Source: Nemertoderma westbladi
Lineage: Eukaryota; Animalia; Xenacoelomorpha
Direction of reading: 5' to 3'
DNA length: 37,709 nt
Assembly: GCA_032718475.1 (NCBI GenBank)
Contig: JAUCBJ010005080.1
Location: 1 to 37,709 of the forward strand
The notes beneath the pieces were generated by a model. The model was not told the origin of the DNA. It did not search any database and worked only from the letters and a program-made list of their open reading frames with translations. This document shows positions 1-11,268 of this stretch, piece after piece (the stretch's first letter is position 1; each line of letters opens with the position of its first letter). The position numbers were made by a program, and so were the translations under genes.

Positions 1-524
1 TAATCATTTTGAAAGGAAAGGCGAAGAAGATATCTGCTGTTGAAATCTTGTGAATAACTGTTTGTGGGTGTTTGAACTTCAATTTATAGTTTCATTTTCT
101 TATTTCACAACATTATAATATGTATTACCAAAACATCAATGTTTAAATCATGAATCATAATATATCAGAAACGATCCAATTCCGCGTTTTGGATAGGATC
201 ACAATTTAGTAATATTTAGATTATTTTACTTGTATTATATAACGATGAATCATGTTTATTTTCTACTGGAATAGGTCGAAGGTATTCAGCTCATTTAGTG
301 TCTGGTTTCTTGAAGAACGATGACAAGTCTGAGTGTATTCGGTTCGGAGTTGTGTGTAGAAAACATTTCAGCATATTATAAGCAACACACCAAGACTCCA
401 ACAGCTTTATGAAACAGATGATCCGGAAATATATACATTATTATTGACAAGGGACAGACAGTTTCTGAGACTATCTCACCTTGTTCTAATTGCTAATTCT
501 AAGAAGCCAAGAAATTCTATAGAG

Positions 525-570
525 GGTGATTGATTGGCTGGTCATTGGCCATTCAGTGGTCGTATAAAGA
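525..570 (+). promoter_or_regulatory. Possible core promoter (two inverted CCAAT boxes followed by TATAAA)
   Basis: TGATTGGCTG and CATTGGCC at 531-550, then TATAAA at 563-568. The target transcript is unknown. Confidence 0.25.
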
Positions 571-950
571 GGTTTATTATTTGGCTACCCAGAGTATAGA
601 ATGTGGCCCAGTTGGGTGCCACTACTGTGTGTGTGTATGTATGTGGACAGCTATACTAATATGGCTCACAGGGCTCTATCTCAGTTGAGTGACAGTTCGC
701 GAACAAGCCGGTTGTTACTGGCTAATATAATGGTCTGAACAGCCAAGGCAAGCCCTTTTTATACAAAATCTGCCATAAATTGGAGTATTTGAGACATTCA
801 GCATTTTAAGTTGACTATTATTACTGCTTTACCTGGGCGAGTTACAGGCGTTAGGCGTTAAATTTTTATATACTGTTTATTGTAATACAATTTGTATTCA
901 GTATTATTAGAGCTCTTGTTGTTTGTAGAAGGAAGATTACTCAATTAAAT

Positions 951-956
951 TTTATT
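951..956 (-). terminator. Candidate polyadenylation signal of the ADAM10-like prodomain gene
   Basis: AATAAA about 47 nt downstream of the TAA at 1005-1003. A second AATAAA lies at 881-876. The AT-rich context weakens this evidence. Confidence 0.45.
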
Positions 957-1002
957 GAAGTTGCCGTCTTGCTGTGATTGTGGAAATGGTTTGAGAAATG
1001 GG

Positions 1003-1070
1003 TTAAGGAGTAACGGCCATGCAACTGTAATGGGAACCAGTTGGTACCCATTGGCCATTGCGGTATAAAA
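1003..1070 (-). CDS. ADAM10-like: Putative terminal exon 5 of ADAM10-like prodomain gene (cysteine switch, then stop)
   Basis: Strong acceptor atttttatttattttttAG, phase 1. Encodes (V)LYRNGQWVPTGSHYSCMAVTP-TAA, which completes the HSV-I/L-Y motif and supplies a Cys at the cysteine-switch position. AATAAA lies on the minus strand at 956-951. Confidence 0.72.
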
Positions 1071-1362
1071 CTAAAAAATAAATAAAAATAATTCTGTTTT
1101 TTTGCCAATTTTATTTTCAATTTATATTTTATTTCATTAGGCCTGATTGTTAAACAGAAAGTTAATATTATCATTGAAATAATAATAAAAATTAATTATC
1201 ATTCCGACTTGTAAGTTATTCGAATCATTCTCAGAATATGTCTCGTATAGAATATGTAATATATAGTCAACTAGATATACTACTATATGCTGCTCAACTG
1301 CAGCATATAAAATACTAGGACTGCAGGACTGACTCGCAATAATTATTAATAGTTTATAATAT

Positions 1363-2194
1363 CGGTCGCTCAGCAGGTTTTAACTTTTCGGTCGAAATTC
1401 TACTGAAATTTTATATATAAAGAATTTGTAATTTTCCAAATGTATCCTTATTAACTGTTTTATGGCGCTTATTTCTGTCTTATAACCAGTATAGATACTT
1501 AAACTTATTCGTTTATTGTTTTGGTTGGAATCAGCCCTTCTGAAACCTGTGGATTTAGTGAAAACCTGCTACGGTATTCTTCACGGCCCATATGAAGTAT
1601 ACTTTGCAGTTTACCCCCATGTGAAGAATACCAGGTTTTCACTAAAACCACAGATTTCAGAAAGGTTGATTTTAACCAAAACAAAAACTAATATGTCAGG
1701 CCCGTAGCCAGTCGTTGGTTCGAACGAATCGCCCTTTTGAGAAAAGTGCCCTCACGCTCACATGTTTGGGGAATATGCCCTTTTTATAATCACCTTTTTG
1801 ACAAATACTCTCCTATTATATTCACCAATTCGTAAAAGTGCCCCCCCCCCCCCCCCCAAAGCAAATATTAAAGTTACATTAGCAGCTTTTCTTTAGCAGC
1901 AGATAGAATTCAGATTCACATTATGCCATGGCCAATGTGCTTTAAAAAGTACCCCCCGCCTAATTCCAACCTTAATATGCTCTGGACAAACCAATGGATA
2001 TTTGTCATTATTTAAACAAATAAAAAAAGTGCCCTTTTAAAGTCCTGGCTACGGGCGTGTATCTATAAAGGTTATAAGACAGAAATAAGCGCCATAAAAC
2101 AGTTAATAAGGATACATTGGGAAAAATACAAATACTTCATATATAAAATTCCAGTAGAATTTCGACCGAAAAGTTAAAACCTGCTGAGCGACCG
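1363..2194. mobile_element. Foldback/MITE (near-palindromic non-autonomous DNA element, family A)
   Basis: 1363-1487 is the reverse complement of 2070-2194. The inner arms (about 1517-1585 and 1621-1685) are also inverted. A related copy lies at about 14085-14330. Confidence 0.85.
1697..2059. mobile_element. Nested MITE with 15-bp terminal inverted repeats (hAT-like ends)
   Basis: Ends are CAGGCCCGTAGCCAG and CTGGCTACGGGCGTG, with internal AAAAGTGCCC repeats. It interrupts the right arm of the family A palindrome. No clear 8-bp TSD. Confidence 0.7.
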
Positions 2195-2532
2195 CTATTC
2201 ACTATTATAAATAATTAATAATAATTAGAAAATTAGAAATCTTGAAAAATTAGACTAAACTCCGTTCAAACATCCTGCTGCTGGTTGAAAGCTTTGATTT
2301 ACTTCATGTGGTATTTATTTTACTGATTGGCGGGCTTTATTTGGAGGTATTCAATTAATGTTTAACTAATTAATTTGGTTATTATACGACAGAATAAAAG
2401 TGGTCCTATCGTTATAAAGTAAGCAAACTCTAAACTAAATCGAATTTGCTTCCAGGGATTAACGTGTTTGGGTGCCTCCACATAATACAGTAATACTGTT
2501 AGTAGGCCTAATATAAGTAACACACGTCATAA

Positions 2533-2630
2533 ACCAATTGAGGGAAAGGAGCAGGTTACAGAGGCAGGCTTTTCTAACCAAAATAATAAATGGCCACTTT
2601 ACCAATTGAGGGAAAGGAGCAGGTTACAGA
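2533..2630. repeat. 30-bp direct repeat
   Basis: ACCAATTGAGGGAAAGGAGCAGGTTACAGA at 2533-2562 and 2601-2630. The AGCAGGTTACAGAGGC core recurs near 14655. Confidence 0.8.
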
Positions 2631-3153
2631 ACACTGCCCCAGCACTACTGTACAACTACCTAAAGTACCGGTACAGTACAGGTGGAGACCCTGAAACACG
2701 TTAGTCCCTCGCTTCCATCCACGCAGGAAACATTCGACAACCCGGGGGTGCAGTACAGAATAGTAGAAATAAATAATATCTTTAATACTTTTCGATAGCT
2801 GCAAGTATACTGCAAGACCACGATGACGATGTCTTCTTCATGCTTTGTAGCAAGAAAAATAAAACTAGAAAAGGGTTGGAACCAAAATCAAAGATTCCTT
2901 ACAATATTAATATAACCTCGTTACGTAGGTTAATTACAAAAAGTATATTTAATTTAGAATTAAATTACGTGTGCTGTACTCCACGGGAATCAACATGTTT
3001 GTTTATAATAAGTGACAGTTGACAGTACTCGTTTCAATTACATACCATTCATTATCAGAATACCTTAACTGTTTAAATATGAAAACCGCACATAGAGAGG
3101 ATATTATTATTAATTTTATATAAAATAATTGTTACGCAAATTGGTTATTATAT

Positions 3154-6100
3154 ATGAACAACAACTGGACAGACACTGCGTCGGCTGATTCTGGCTACGG
3201 AAGTCAACAGACGCCATCCAGTGGCAGCTCAGGGCATTCGAGTCATCTTGTATTTAATCGGCATAATAGGTCGTTATCCAATCACACACGAGCTAATAAC
3301 AGGTGGGCAGCCAATTCCACGAGAGATTCCGTTATCCAACATACTAGTAACACTACTAGTTATACAGCACCACCTAGCGGTGCTATTGTGAGACCGCGAG
3401 CGATCCACCCACCGCTTTGTTTCTATCCCGTTCGGGTGCCTAGCGACGGACAACTGTTCGGAGAACCCTGGACTCTGGGTTGCCCGAGTAACCAATTCTA
3501 TCACCTAGGCAACCCATCCATGTACGACGTGAGACACTCGCTACCGATGAGTAATTTGTCGTCGGCGTTCTGCGCCCCGCCGCGGTTCAATACGGGTCCG
3601 CTAGGTGGCGTGGTGGCGACAGAAACGAATTTCACTGAGATGCGAGGCGGAGAGAACGAGACCGCTCTGGACAATAAAGGCAAGAAGCGTGTTCTAAGCG
3701 TAGCAGGGTCGTCTGAGACCACTAGCGGGGTGTATCAGAGCGCCCCCTTGCGGCCAGGCCGGCCGTTGCACCACCACATGTATCCCACACACCCAACAAC
3801 TGATTCCCTTAGCGGCAGCAAGCGGTATCAGGGACTCGCGATGGGCCCCCCCAACGGAAGGTCAACTCACCGCCCTCCTATGGAGCCCTCCAGCAACCCG
3901 ATCCGGCACACTATGACGTCATCCTGCTCCACTTCCGGCACTCTCTATCCGGGTATGACATCACCCGGCTCCACCCCCACAACACCATACCCTGGTATGA
4001 CGTCATCCTGCGTCACTTCCGGCGCGCAGATCAAGCTGGAGCCGCAGTGGGCCTGCGACACTGCGACCTGGGGCGAGCCATCGACGTGGGGCGAGCCATC
4101 GAGCGACCGCCTCCCCCCGCTGGGCCACAGCTGGGAGGACTCGCCGGGCGGGGCCGAGCCGCCCTACAGCCGGGCCGACGACGCCTCGGAATGGGGCGAG
4201 CCATCGAGCGTGGAAGCCACCGAGTGCTGGTGGGAGGGATGCGCGATCGGGTTCGAGAGACTGGCGGACCTGGTCCGGCACCTCAACGCGGACCACATCG
4301 CCGCCGCCGACCGCAAGGAGTTTGTCTGCCGTTGGAGGGACTGCTCCCGCGAGCGGAAACCCTTCAAGGCGCAGTACATGCTGGTAGTCCACATGCGTCG
4401 ACACACCGGCGAGAAGCCGCACTGCTGCACGTTCCCCGCCTGTCGCAAGGCCTACTCCCGCCTCGAGAACCTAAAGACCCACGTCCGCTCACACACGGGA
4501 GAGAAACCCTACCTGTGTGAGGTGCCGGGCTGCGGCAAGGCCTTCAGCAACGCGTCGGATAGAGCCAAACACCAGAACCGGACTCACTCCAGTGCCAAAC
4601 CCTACGGCTGCCACATGTGCCCCAAATGCTACACGGACCCGAGCTCCTTGCGGAAACACGTGAAGACGGTCCACGGCCCAGAGGCGCATCTTACGAAACG
4701 ACAACGTAAAGACATGGTCGCTCCCAAAACCGAGTCTCACCCTGCGGATCCGAGCGGCTCTGTACAGCGCGTCACACCATTGGTCGGCGCCATGACAACG
4801 GCGTACCGTTACGCGGAGGAGCCCCCTGCTGCACTGAGCTCCGTTGACTCCTCCCAGAAGGGATTCCTTCGTCGCCCCATGGAGTTCCTCCGGAGGTTCA
4901 AAGTGAAGAAGGAATCCCTCGGGGAGGATCAAACTCCCCCCAATTGCGAGGTGATGACGTCATCCTACCCCGCGCAATGCCCCGCCGCCGGGGCAACCAT
5001 CCATTACAAGAGTAAGTCGCTAGGGGGCCTCATCGAGGGGATGGGTGTCCCCGGGTCCCGAAGGGGGAGCAGCAAGACGTCTGCGTACGAGTCGGGGGGC
5101 CAGTCGGACGAGGGGGGCACCAAGGGAGGCACCGAGGGGGCGGGGGAGGAGAGGTCGAGTAGCCCCAGGGGGGAGAGTGTGGCGTCGGTTAGGGTACCTC
5201 CGGTGGGGGAAACCGACCAATCGGGGGGCAGAGTCATAGCCGCCGAGGTACATGTGGGAAGCGATAGTCACCTTAGCAATGGTGGTAACCTTAGCAACCA
5301 CAGCAACGGTGGTAACCTCAGCAACCTTAGTGACGGAGTAAACATTACTAACTGTGGCAACCTTAGCAACGGTAAGCTAAGCAACCCGACGGCGGGGATT
5401 GACTGCGTGGGCGTTTTACCTCGGCCCACCGGGGAGCCCAACTGGGCGGACATCGGGGCGGAGAGCGTGTTGGAGTTGGGCGGTCCGACGCAGTTTACGG
5501 ACCCGGAGAACGCCTCGGTCAGCGACGGGACGCTCGACGACGACATCGTACTTCCGGCGGAAGTGAACCAGTTCATACGGGAGCGACGGGCGGCGGCGAG
5601 ACGGCAGCGGGACGAGTCGGCCAATAAGGGCGCCGAGCCGCGCCATCCTGTGTGCCGGCTGCCGGCGCAGCCGGCCTTCCACGGCGGCTACGGGCACGAC
5701 CCCAGTGAGCCGATCAACCACACCGTGGTCTGGTACCCAGTACCCGTACCTATGTTCCCCTACCAGACGGAACACACGCCCTCCTCGCCAGTCAACAGGA
5801 CCGGCTCGTTGCCTAGACAACTCTCACGTGTCTGTGAGCCTCTGATTGGCCCGGGCGTTGCCCTGGGCGACTATGAGGAGACCATGGTACAATCGATGAC
5901 CAGACTCAGTACGGAGGAGAACTCATCCATGTTGGTGGATAAAGGCGCCTCTAGCGGCAACGTAAGGAACTCGAGAAGATTCGGTGGTAACCGACTAACC
6001 ATGGAAACCTCGACCAATCAGACGCCGAGGAATCGCCTGCCCGCCTCTCAGTCGATGCCGGCATTCGACCAATCGCAACTGGTTTCGGACAATCCGAACC

Positions 6101-6498
6101 TCAGGATGTCGGGATTCCCACAACAAATGAATCAGGTGTTGTCACCCGGGCAACCGCATTACTTCAACCAATCGGGTCAGCAGGTTTACTTGACTCAGCC
6201 GCCGGTATATCCGAGGCAACCACAGGGCCAGCAGCCCCACAGACAGATCCAGCAAGCCAACAACCCCGGAATGTACGGGGGAATGGCGCCCCGGGAAAGT
6301 ATGCTGAGTCCCCCGGGGGGGCCACAGAGGGGGCTAGTGAGCCCCCTCGGGCTGGTCGGTGAGAACCCCAGGTTCCCCCCGCGGGGGGTGGTGAACACGA
6401 ACAGAGGTCAGTTCGCAAATAACTCCAACCTCATGATGAGTACAATAGGAGAGAGTAACGGGAATTACAACGAATATTTGCACAGAGGAAATCGTTGA
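3154..6498 (+). CDS. GLI: Gli/Cubitus interruptus family C2H2 zinc-finger transcription factor, single uninterrupted ORF (1114 aa)
   Basis: Five tandem fingers (about 4225-4674) with Gli signatures: [76 protein letters not shown]. The downstream [14 protein letters not shown] resembles the Gli2/3 DDLVLPDDVVQY motif. The ORF is GC-rich in AT-rich flanks. Confidence 0.96.
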   Translation: MNNNWTDTASADSGYGSQQTPSSGSSGHSSHLVFNRHNRSLSNHTRANNRWAANSTRDSVIQHTSNTTSYTAPPSGAIVRPRAIHPPLCFYPVRVPSDGQLFGEPWTLGCPSNQFYHLGNPSMYDVRHSLPMSNLSSAFCAPPRFNTGPLGGVVATETNFTEMRGGENETALDNKGKKRVLSVAGSSETTSGVYQSAPLRPGRPLHHHMYPTHPTTDSLSGSKRYQGLAMGPPNGRSTHRPPMEPSSNPIRHTMTSSCSTSGTLYPGMTSPGSTPTTPYPGMTSSCVTSGAQIKLEPQWACDTATWGEPSTWGEPSSDRLPPLGHSWEDSPGGAEPPYSRADDASEWGEPSSVEATECWWEGCAIGFERLADLVRHLNADHIAAADRKEFVCRWRDCSRERKPFKAQYMLVVHMRRHTGEKPHCCTFPACRKAYSRLENLKTHVRSHTGEKPYLCEVPGCGKAFSNASDRAKHQNRTHSSAKPYGCHMCPKCYTDPSSLRKHVKTVHGPEAHLTKRQRKDMVAPKTESHPADPSGSVQRVTPLVGAMTTAYRYAEEPPAALSSVDSSQKGFLRRPMEFLRRFKVKKESLGEDQTPPNCEVMTSSYPAQCPAAGATIHYKSKSLGGLIEGMGVPGSRRGSSKTSAYESGGQSDEGGTKGGTEGAGEERSSSPRGESVASVRVPPVGETDQSGGRVIAAEVHVGSDSHLSNGGNLSNHSNGGNLSNLSDGVNITNCGNLSNGKLSNPTAGIDCVGVLPRPTGEPNWADIGAESVLELGGPTQFTDPENASVSDGTLDDDIVLPAEVNQFIRERRAAARRQRDESANKGAEPRHPVCRLPAQPAFHGGYGHDPSEPINHTVVWYPVPVPMFPYQTEHTPSSPVNRTGSLPRQLSRVCEPLIGPGVALGDYEETMVQSMTRLSTEENSSMLVDKGASSGNVRNSRRFGGNRLTMETSTNQTPRNRLPASQSMPAFDQSQLVSDNPNLRMSGFPQQMNQVLSPGQPHYFNQSGQQVYLTQPPVYPRQPQGQQPHRQIQQANNPGMYGGMAPRESMLSPPGGPQRGLVSPLGLVGENPRFPPRGVVNTNRGQFANNSNLMMSTIGESNGNYNEYLHRGNR

Positions 6499-6884
6499 GA
6501 CACGATAGGCAGCCTATAAGCCGTGGTGGATTCAATCTGCCACAAACAGACATTGAGTCCGCTGTCCGCATAACTATCGATTAATAATTAATAATGAAGC
6601 AATAACCCAAGCATGATTAAATTTTAATGATATTAGTAAACATTTACTCGTAGACTTAATATAATATAAAGGCTTGTTTTGTTACCTAATATGCAATGTG
6701 AATCTTTATTGTAGAAGAAATGTAGATAATTACGTATCGCAACTAATTCTAGTTATATATATTTTATTTCAATTTCATCAGTCTAACAACATTAATATTA
6801 TTATTATTAAATAAAATTTGAAAGTATGGTTGTAATTTACTCGAAAACAACATCATTTAGTTATATAATATTTAAAGGGACTAG

Positions 6885-6968
6885 AGAGACCAGGGCTCAA
6901 CTCTTTATTACATCCTTAAATGGTAGTTAAGTGAGTAGCAGTTTCCTTTGGGGAGTAGAGTTGTGGGT
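6885..6968 (+). mobile_element. Degenerate SINE core fragment
   Basis: catccttaaatggtagttaagtgagtagcagtttcctttggggagtagagttgtggg matches the core of the SINE at 34330-34605. Confidence 0.7.
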
Positions 6969-7317
6969 TGTTGCTTTACTTTTTGTTGGTGCAAATGAAA
7001 GTAATGGAAAATGAAAGTAATTTGGTATTTATTCCTACGGAGTTATAACAGTTTCTAATAAAAAATATAATTTAGAGATTTACAACGACTTCTACTTGGT
7101 ATATATTTATTCCATAATAGTAAGATTTCTTACTTTATTTAACATCAAAAGGCGAAAATAATTGATACGATACGATACAAAAGCTAATATCGATGAAAAA
7201 ATACTGAGATTATTTTAATAATGTTAATATTATAATATGATACAAAATAGAAAATTTGATTTCGTATAAATGCATTACATTGCGGGAAGGATAAAGACAG
7301 ACTTGTTTATAACTTAC

Positions 7318-7455
7318 CACTGTGGTACATCGAGTCCAACAGACTTGGGTGCGAGGCCGTTGACTCAATGTAATAGGTTTCGTCGGGAGTGTGAATAGTT
7401 CCTTCGAACTGGCCATCGGTGTCTATAGTGCCGTAGACGTAGGAATCTGAACCGC
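7318..7455 (-). CDS. ADAM10-like: Exon 4 of ADAM10/Kuzbanian-like prodomain gene
   Basis: Acceptor tgtatccctAG, donor G|GTAAGT, 138 nt, phase 1 to 1. Encodes GSDSYVYGTIDTDGQFEGTIHTPDETYYIESTASHPSLLDSMYHS, which resembles ADAM10 DGRFEGFIQT..GTFYVEP...FHS. Confidence 0.92.
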
Positions 7456-8362
7456 CTAGGGATACAACATTTTATGTTTTATTTTTAAAGAAACGACTGC
7501 CACCTGGTACACTAACTACTTAACGTTTACTCAATCACTATTGGTGGAGTAGGAATACCGCTAAGTCACTTCAGACCCATTGAATCTATCAATTCAAGGG
7601 TCGTAATGGTTGTAACATTATATGGTAATCCCAATAAATATATCCAACAGTCCAACCAATGCATAATAATACCAGAACAAGCAGTCAAGTTTAGTGAAGA
7701 TCTGACTAGGGCTGTAAGACAGGAAACAGCTAAGCTACATTTATTTATACTTTAATCCGGGTGTCTTTTTTACTCTTTTTTTAGATATTTTTCATTTATA
7801 TTAAACAATGAATATTATTTATATTCTAGAGAGAAAGGCGTTTTGAGCTGCAACGTCTAGTTGTATTCATTAACAGTCGCAGATGGATTTTCAAATTGGA
7901 AATTCAATATTTTGACTAGAGAAAAAAGTTCCAATATTTTTATAAGTTACGGCCTTTCGAACTTTTGACTCCAGATCAAATCGAACTTACTCAAGTTCAC
8001 GTGCTGCGCGACGCCCCACGAACGTGTTTTTTTCATAATACAAACAAATCGAACAATTGTTTTCTAAAAAAGAAAAAGTTTCACCTTCACACCGCATTTT
8101 TCACATAATTTGCCCTATGTTTCGGCCTAAAATTGATGAAAAATTGTTCCCATTATTATGAGTATATCCATCATGACCCGTATATAATAGTGTTTTCTGA
8201 TGACCTACCCCCCCCCCCCCCCCCCCATTTTTTCTAGAAATTTTTATTATATTGCTTGAAATTTGAAACACAACTAATGCAACTCACCGTGCCGGTTAAG
8301 GCAGAGTCATACTTTTCTATTTTCAATTTAAAAAAAATTTCAAAAAAAGTGACTTTGTGGAA

Positions 8363-10128
8363 TTTTACCCTTCGTATCGCCGCCATTACTCACATTTAGT
8401 CGTGATTTTACCCTTCGTATCGCCGCCATTACTCACATTTAGTCGTGATTTTACCCTTCGTATCGCCGCCATTACTCACATTTAGTCGTGATTTTGCCCT
8501 TCGTATCGCCGCCATTACTCACATTTAGTCGTGATTTTGCCCTTCGTATCGCCGCCATTACTCACATTTAGTCGTGATTTTACCCTTCGTATCGCCGCCA
8601 TTACTCACATTTAGTCGTGATTTTACCCTTCGTATCGCCGCCATTACTCACATTTAGTCGTGATTTTGCCCTTCGTATCGCCGCCATTAATCACATTTAG
8701 TCGTGATTTTACCCTTCGTATCGCCGCCATTACTCACATTTAGTCGTGATTTTACCCTTCGTATCGCCGCCATTACTCACATTTAGTCGTGATTTTACCC
8801 TTCGTATCGCCGCCATTACTCACATTTAGTCGTGATTTTGCCCTTCGTATCGCCGCCATTACTCACATTTAGTCGTGATTTTGCCCTTCGTATCGCCGCC
8901 ATTACTCACATTTAGTCGTGATTTTACCCTTCGTATCGCCGCCATTACTCACATTTAGTCGTGATTTTACCCTTCGTGTCGCCGCCATTACTCACATTTA
9001 GTCGTGATTTTACCCTTCGTATCGCCGCCATTACTCACATTTAGTCGTGATTTTACCCTTCGTATCGCCGCCATTACCCACATTTAGTCGTGATTTTACC
9101 CTTCGTATCGCCGCCATTACTCACATTAAGTCGTGATTTTGCCCTTCGTATCGCCGCCATTACTCATATTTAGTCGTGATTTTGCCCTTCGTATCGCCGC
9201 CATTACTCACATTTAGTCGTGATTTTGCCCTTCGTATCGCCGCCATTACTCACATTTAGTCGTGATTTTACCCTTCGTATCGCCGCCATTACTCACATTT
9301 AGTCGTGATTTTACCCTTCGTATCGCCGCCATTACTCACATTTAGTCGTGATTTTACCCTTCTTCGTATCGCCGCCATTACTCACATTTAGTCGTGATTT
9401 TACCCTTCGTATCGCCGCCATTACTCACATTTAGTCGTGATTTTACCCTTCGTATCGCCGCCATTACTCACATTTAGTCGTGATTTTACCCTTCGTATCG
9501 CCGCCATTACTCACATTTAGTCGTGATTTTACCCTTCGTATCGCCGCCATTACTCACATTTAGTCGTGATTTTACCCTTCGTATCGCCGCCATTACTCAC
9601 ATTTAGTCGTGATTTTACCCTTCGTATCGCCGCCATTACTCACATTTAGTCGTGATTTTACCCTTCGTATCGCCGCCATTACTCACATTTAGTCGTGATT
9701 TTACCCTTCGTATCGCCGCCATTACTCACATTTAGTCGTGATTTTACCCTTCGTATCGCCGCCATTACTCACATTTAGTCGTGATTTTACCCTTCGTATC
9801 GCCGCCATTACTCACATTTAGTCGTGATTTTACCCTTCGTATCGCCGCCATTACTCACATTTAGTCGTGATTTTACCCTTCGTATCGCCGCCATTACTCA
9901 CATTTACTCGTGATTTTACCCTTCGTATCGCCGCCATTACTCACATTTAGTCGTGATTTTACCCTTCGTATCGCCGCCATTACTCACATTTAGTCGTGAT
10001 TTTACCCTTCGTATCGCCGCCATTACTCACATTTAGTCGTGATTTTACCCTTCGTATCGCCGCCATTACTCACATTTAGTCGTGACTTTACCCTTCGTAT
10101 CGCCGCCATTACTCACATTTAGTCGTGA
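8363..10128. repeat. Homogeneous tandem satellite, 41 copies of a 43-bp unit
   Basis: Unit TTTTACCCTTCGTATCGCCGCCATTACTCACATTTAGTCGTGA. 1766 bp = 41 x 43 plus one 3-bp insertion near 9360. The main variant is TTTTG versus TTTTA. Confidence 0.97.
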
Positions 10129-10372
10129 TTTTTAAGAAAGCTTCCGTTACAAGGATTCCAAATCTTTAAAATTGTTATGAAACAGCTGAGATATAGTCGT
10201 TCAAAGATTGCAAGAATTATCGTTATACTAAATCTCCAGCCTGTTATATACCCCGTAGGAACTTTTTATATGAGCTGCCCCACATAGATGTTTAGTACAG
10301 ATACGGGAGATTATAAATAGTTTGGGTTGACTTCACCAAACGGTTGCGCTGGTGTCTTAAACATAGCAACGG

Positions 10373-11268
10373 AGGAAATTGCCATAGTAACAGCTCTTAT
10401 AGTAGATACAGTGGCGAGTAACATTTATAGCAGATTAATATTTTGGATATCAAGAATTTAATGGCATATTTAGTTGTTTGAAAATACCATAGCAACCAAG
10501 TTAAAACGACCTTCAAATTAACAATATTGTCAATATCGATTCCATAGCAACGGGCTTTAAACGCTCGTAATGCATGTAGTATAGTGTTTAAACGGGTAAA
10601 GTGAATGCTGTTGCTCAAAACCCGCCACATATACTAATAACATCTTAAATGTCAAAAACTTATTGTTTGAAAGAATCTTATAAATTGGAATAAAAGTAAA
10701 ACATATTCCTTATACTCGATGTAGTTGGGGTGGAGGTTGATTTAATGACGCTGCGGCTAAGATATAGACCATTTCGAGTCAAAGTTACCCGTTGCCATGG
10801 CAACTACAACTGAAAAATAGAGCATATTGTTCGTTATCCTTAATATATTGGTGGTAGACTCGATGCCATGACGCTACGACCACTACATTATTAGTGTTTA
10901 AACGGGGTCAGACTTTTCGGGATCGGGACCGGGATTTCCACTCTCAGGATCCCGTTTTACGGGATGGGGATTGCAATTTTTGATTAAATTCCCTAAAGTT
11001 ATTACTATATCTGGCGGGTTTTGAGCAACAGCATTCACTTTACCCGTTTAAACACTATACTACATATGCATTACGAGCGTTTAAAGCCCGTTGCTATGGA
11101 ATAGATATTGACAATATTGTTAATTAGAAGGTTGTTTTTACTTGGTTGCTATGGTATTTTCAAACAACTAAATACGCCATTAAATTCTTGATATCCAAAA
11201 TATTAATCTGCTATAAATGTTACTCGCCACTGTATCTACTATAAGAGCTGTTACTATGGCAATTTCCT
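10373..11268. mobile_element. Non-autonomous DNA element with about 265-bp terminal inverted repeats
   Basis: 10373-10641 (AGGAAATTGCCATAGTAAC...) is the near-perfect reverse complement of about 10999-11268. No transposase and no obvious TSD. Confidence 0.9.

Noticed and set aside
575-625. Gli-binding sites (GGCTACCCA, TGGGTGCCA) suggesting autoregulation
   Set aside because: Each has at least two mismatches to GACCACCCA and is not distinguishable from chance.
2660-2850. Minus-strand frame KHEEDIV..., resembling ADAM10 YHEDDI, as a candidate exon 5
   Set aside because: The nearby AG acceptors are not compatible with the phase-1 donor at 7318. One gives an immediate TGA and the other a different frame. 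Exon 1070-1003 fits better.
3274-6418. Overlapping and antisense ORFs within Gli
   Set aside because: Expected shadow ORFs in GC-rich coding DNA, with no recognisable motifs.
8363-10128. CRISPR-like array
   Set aside because: Units are head-to-tail with no unique spacers, no cas genes are present, and the context is eukaryotic.
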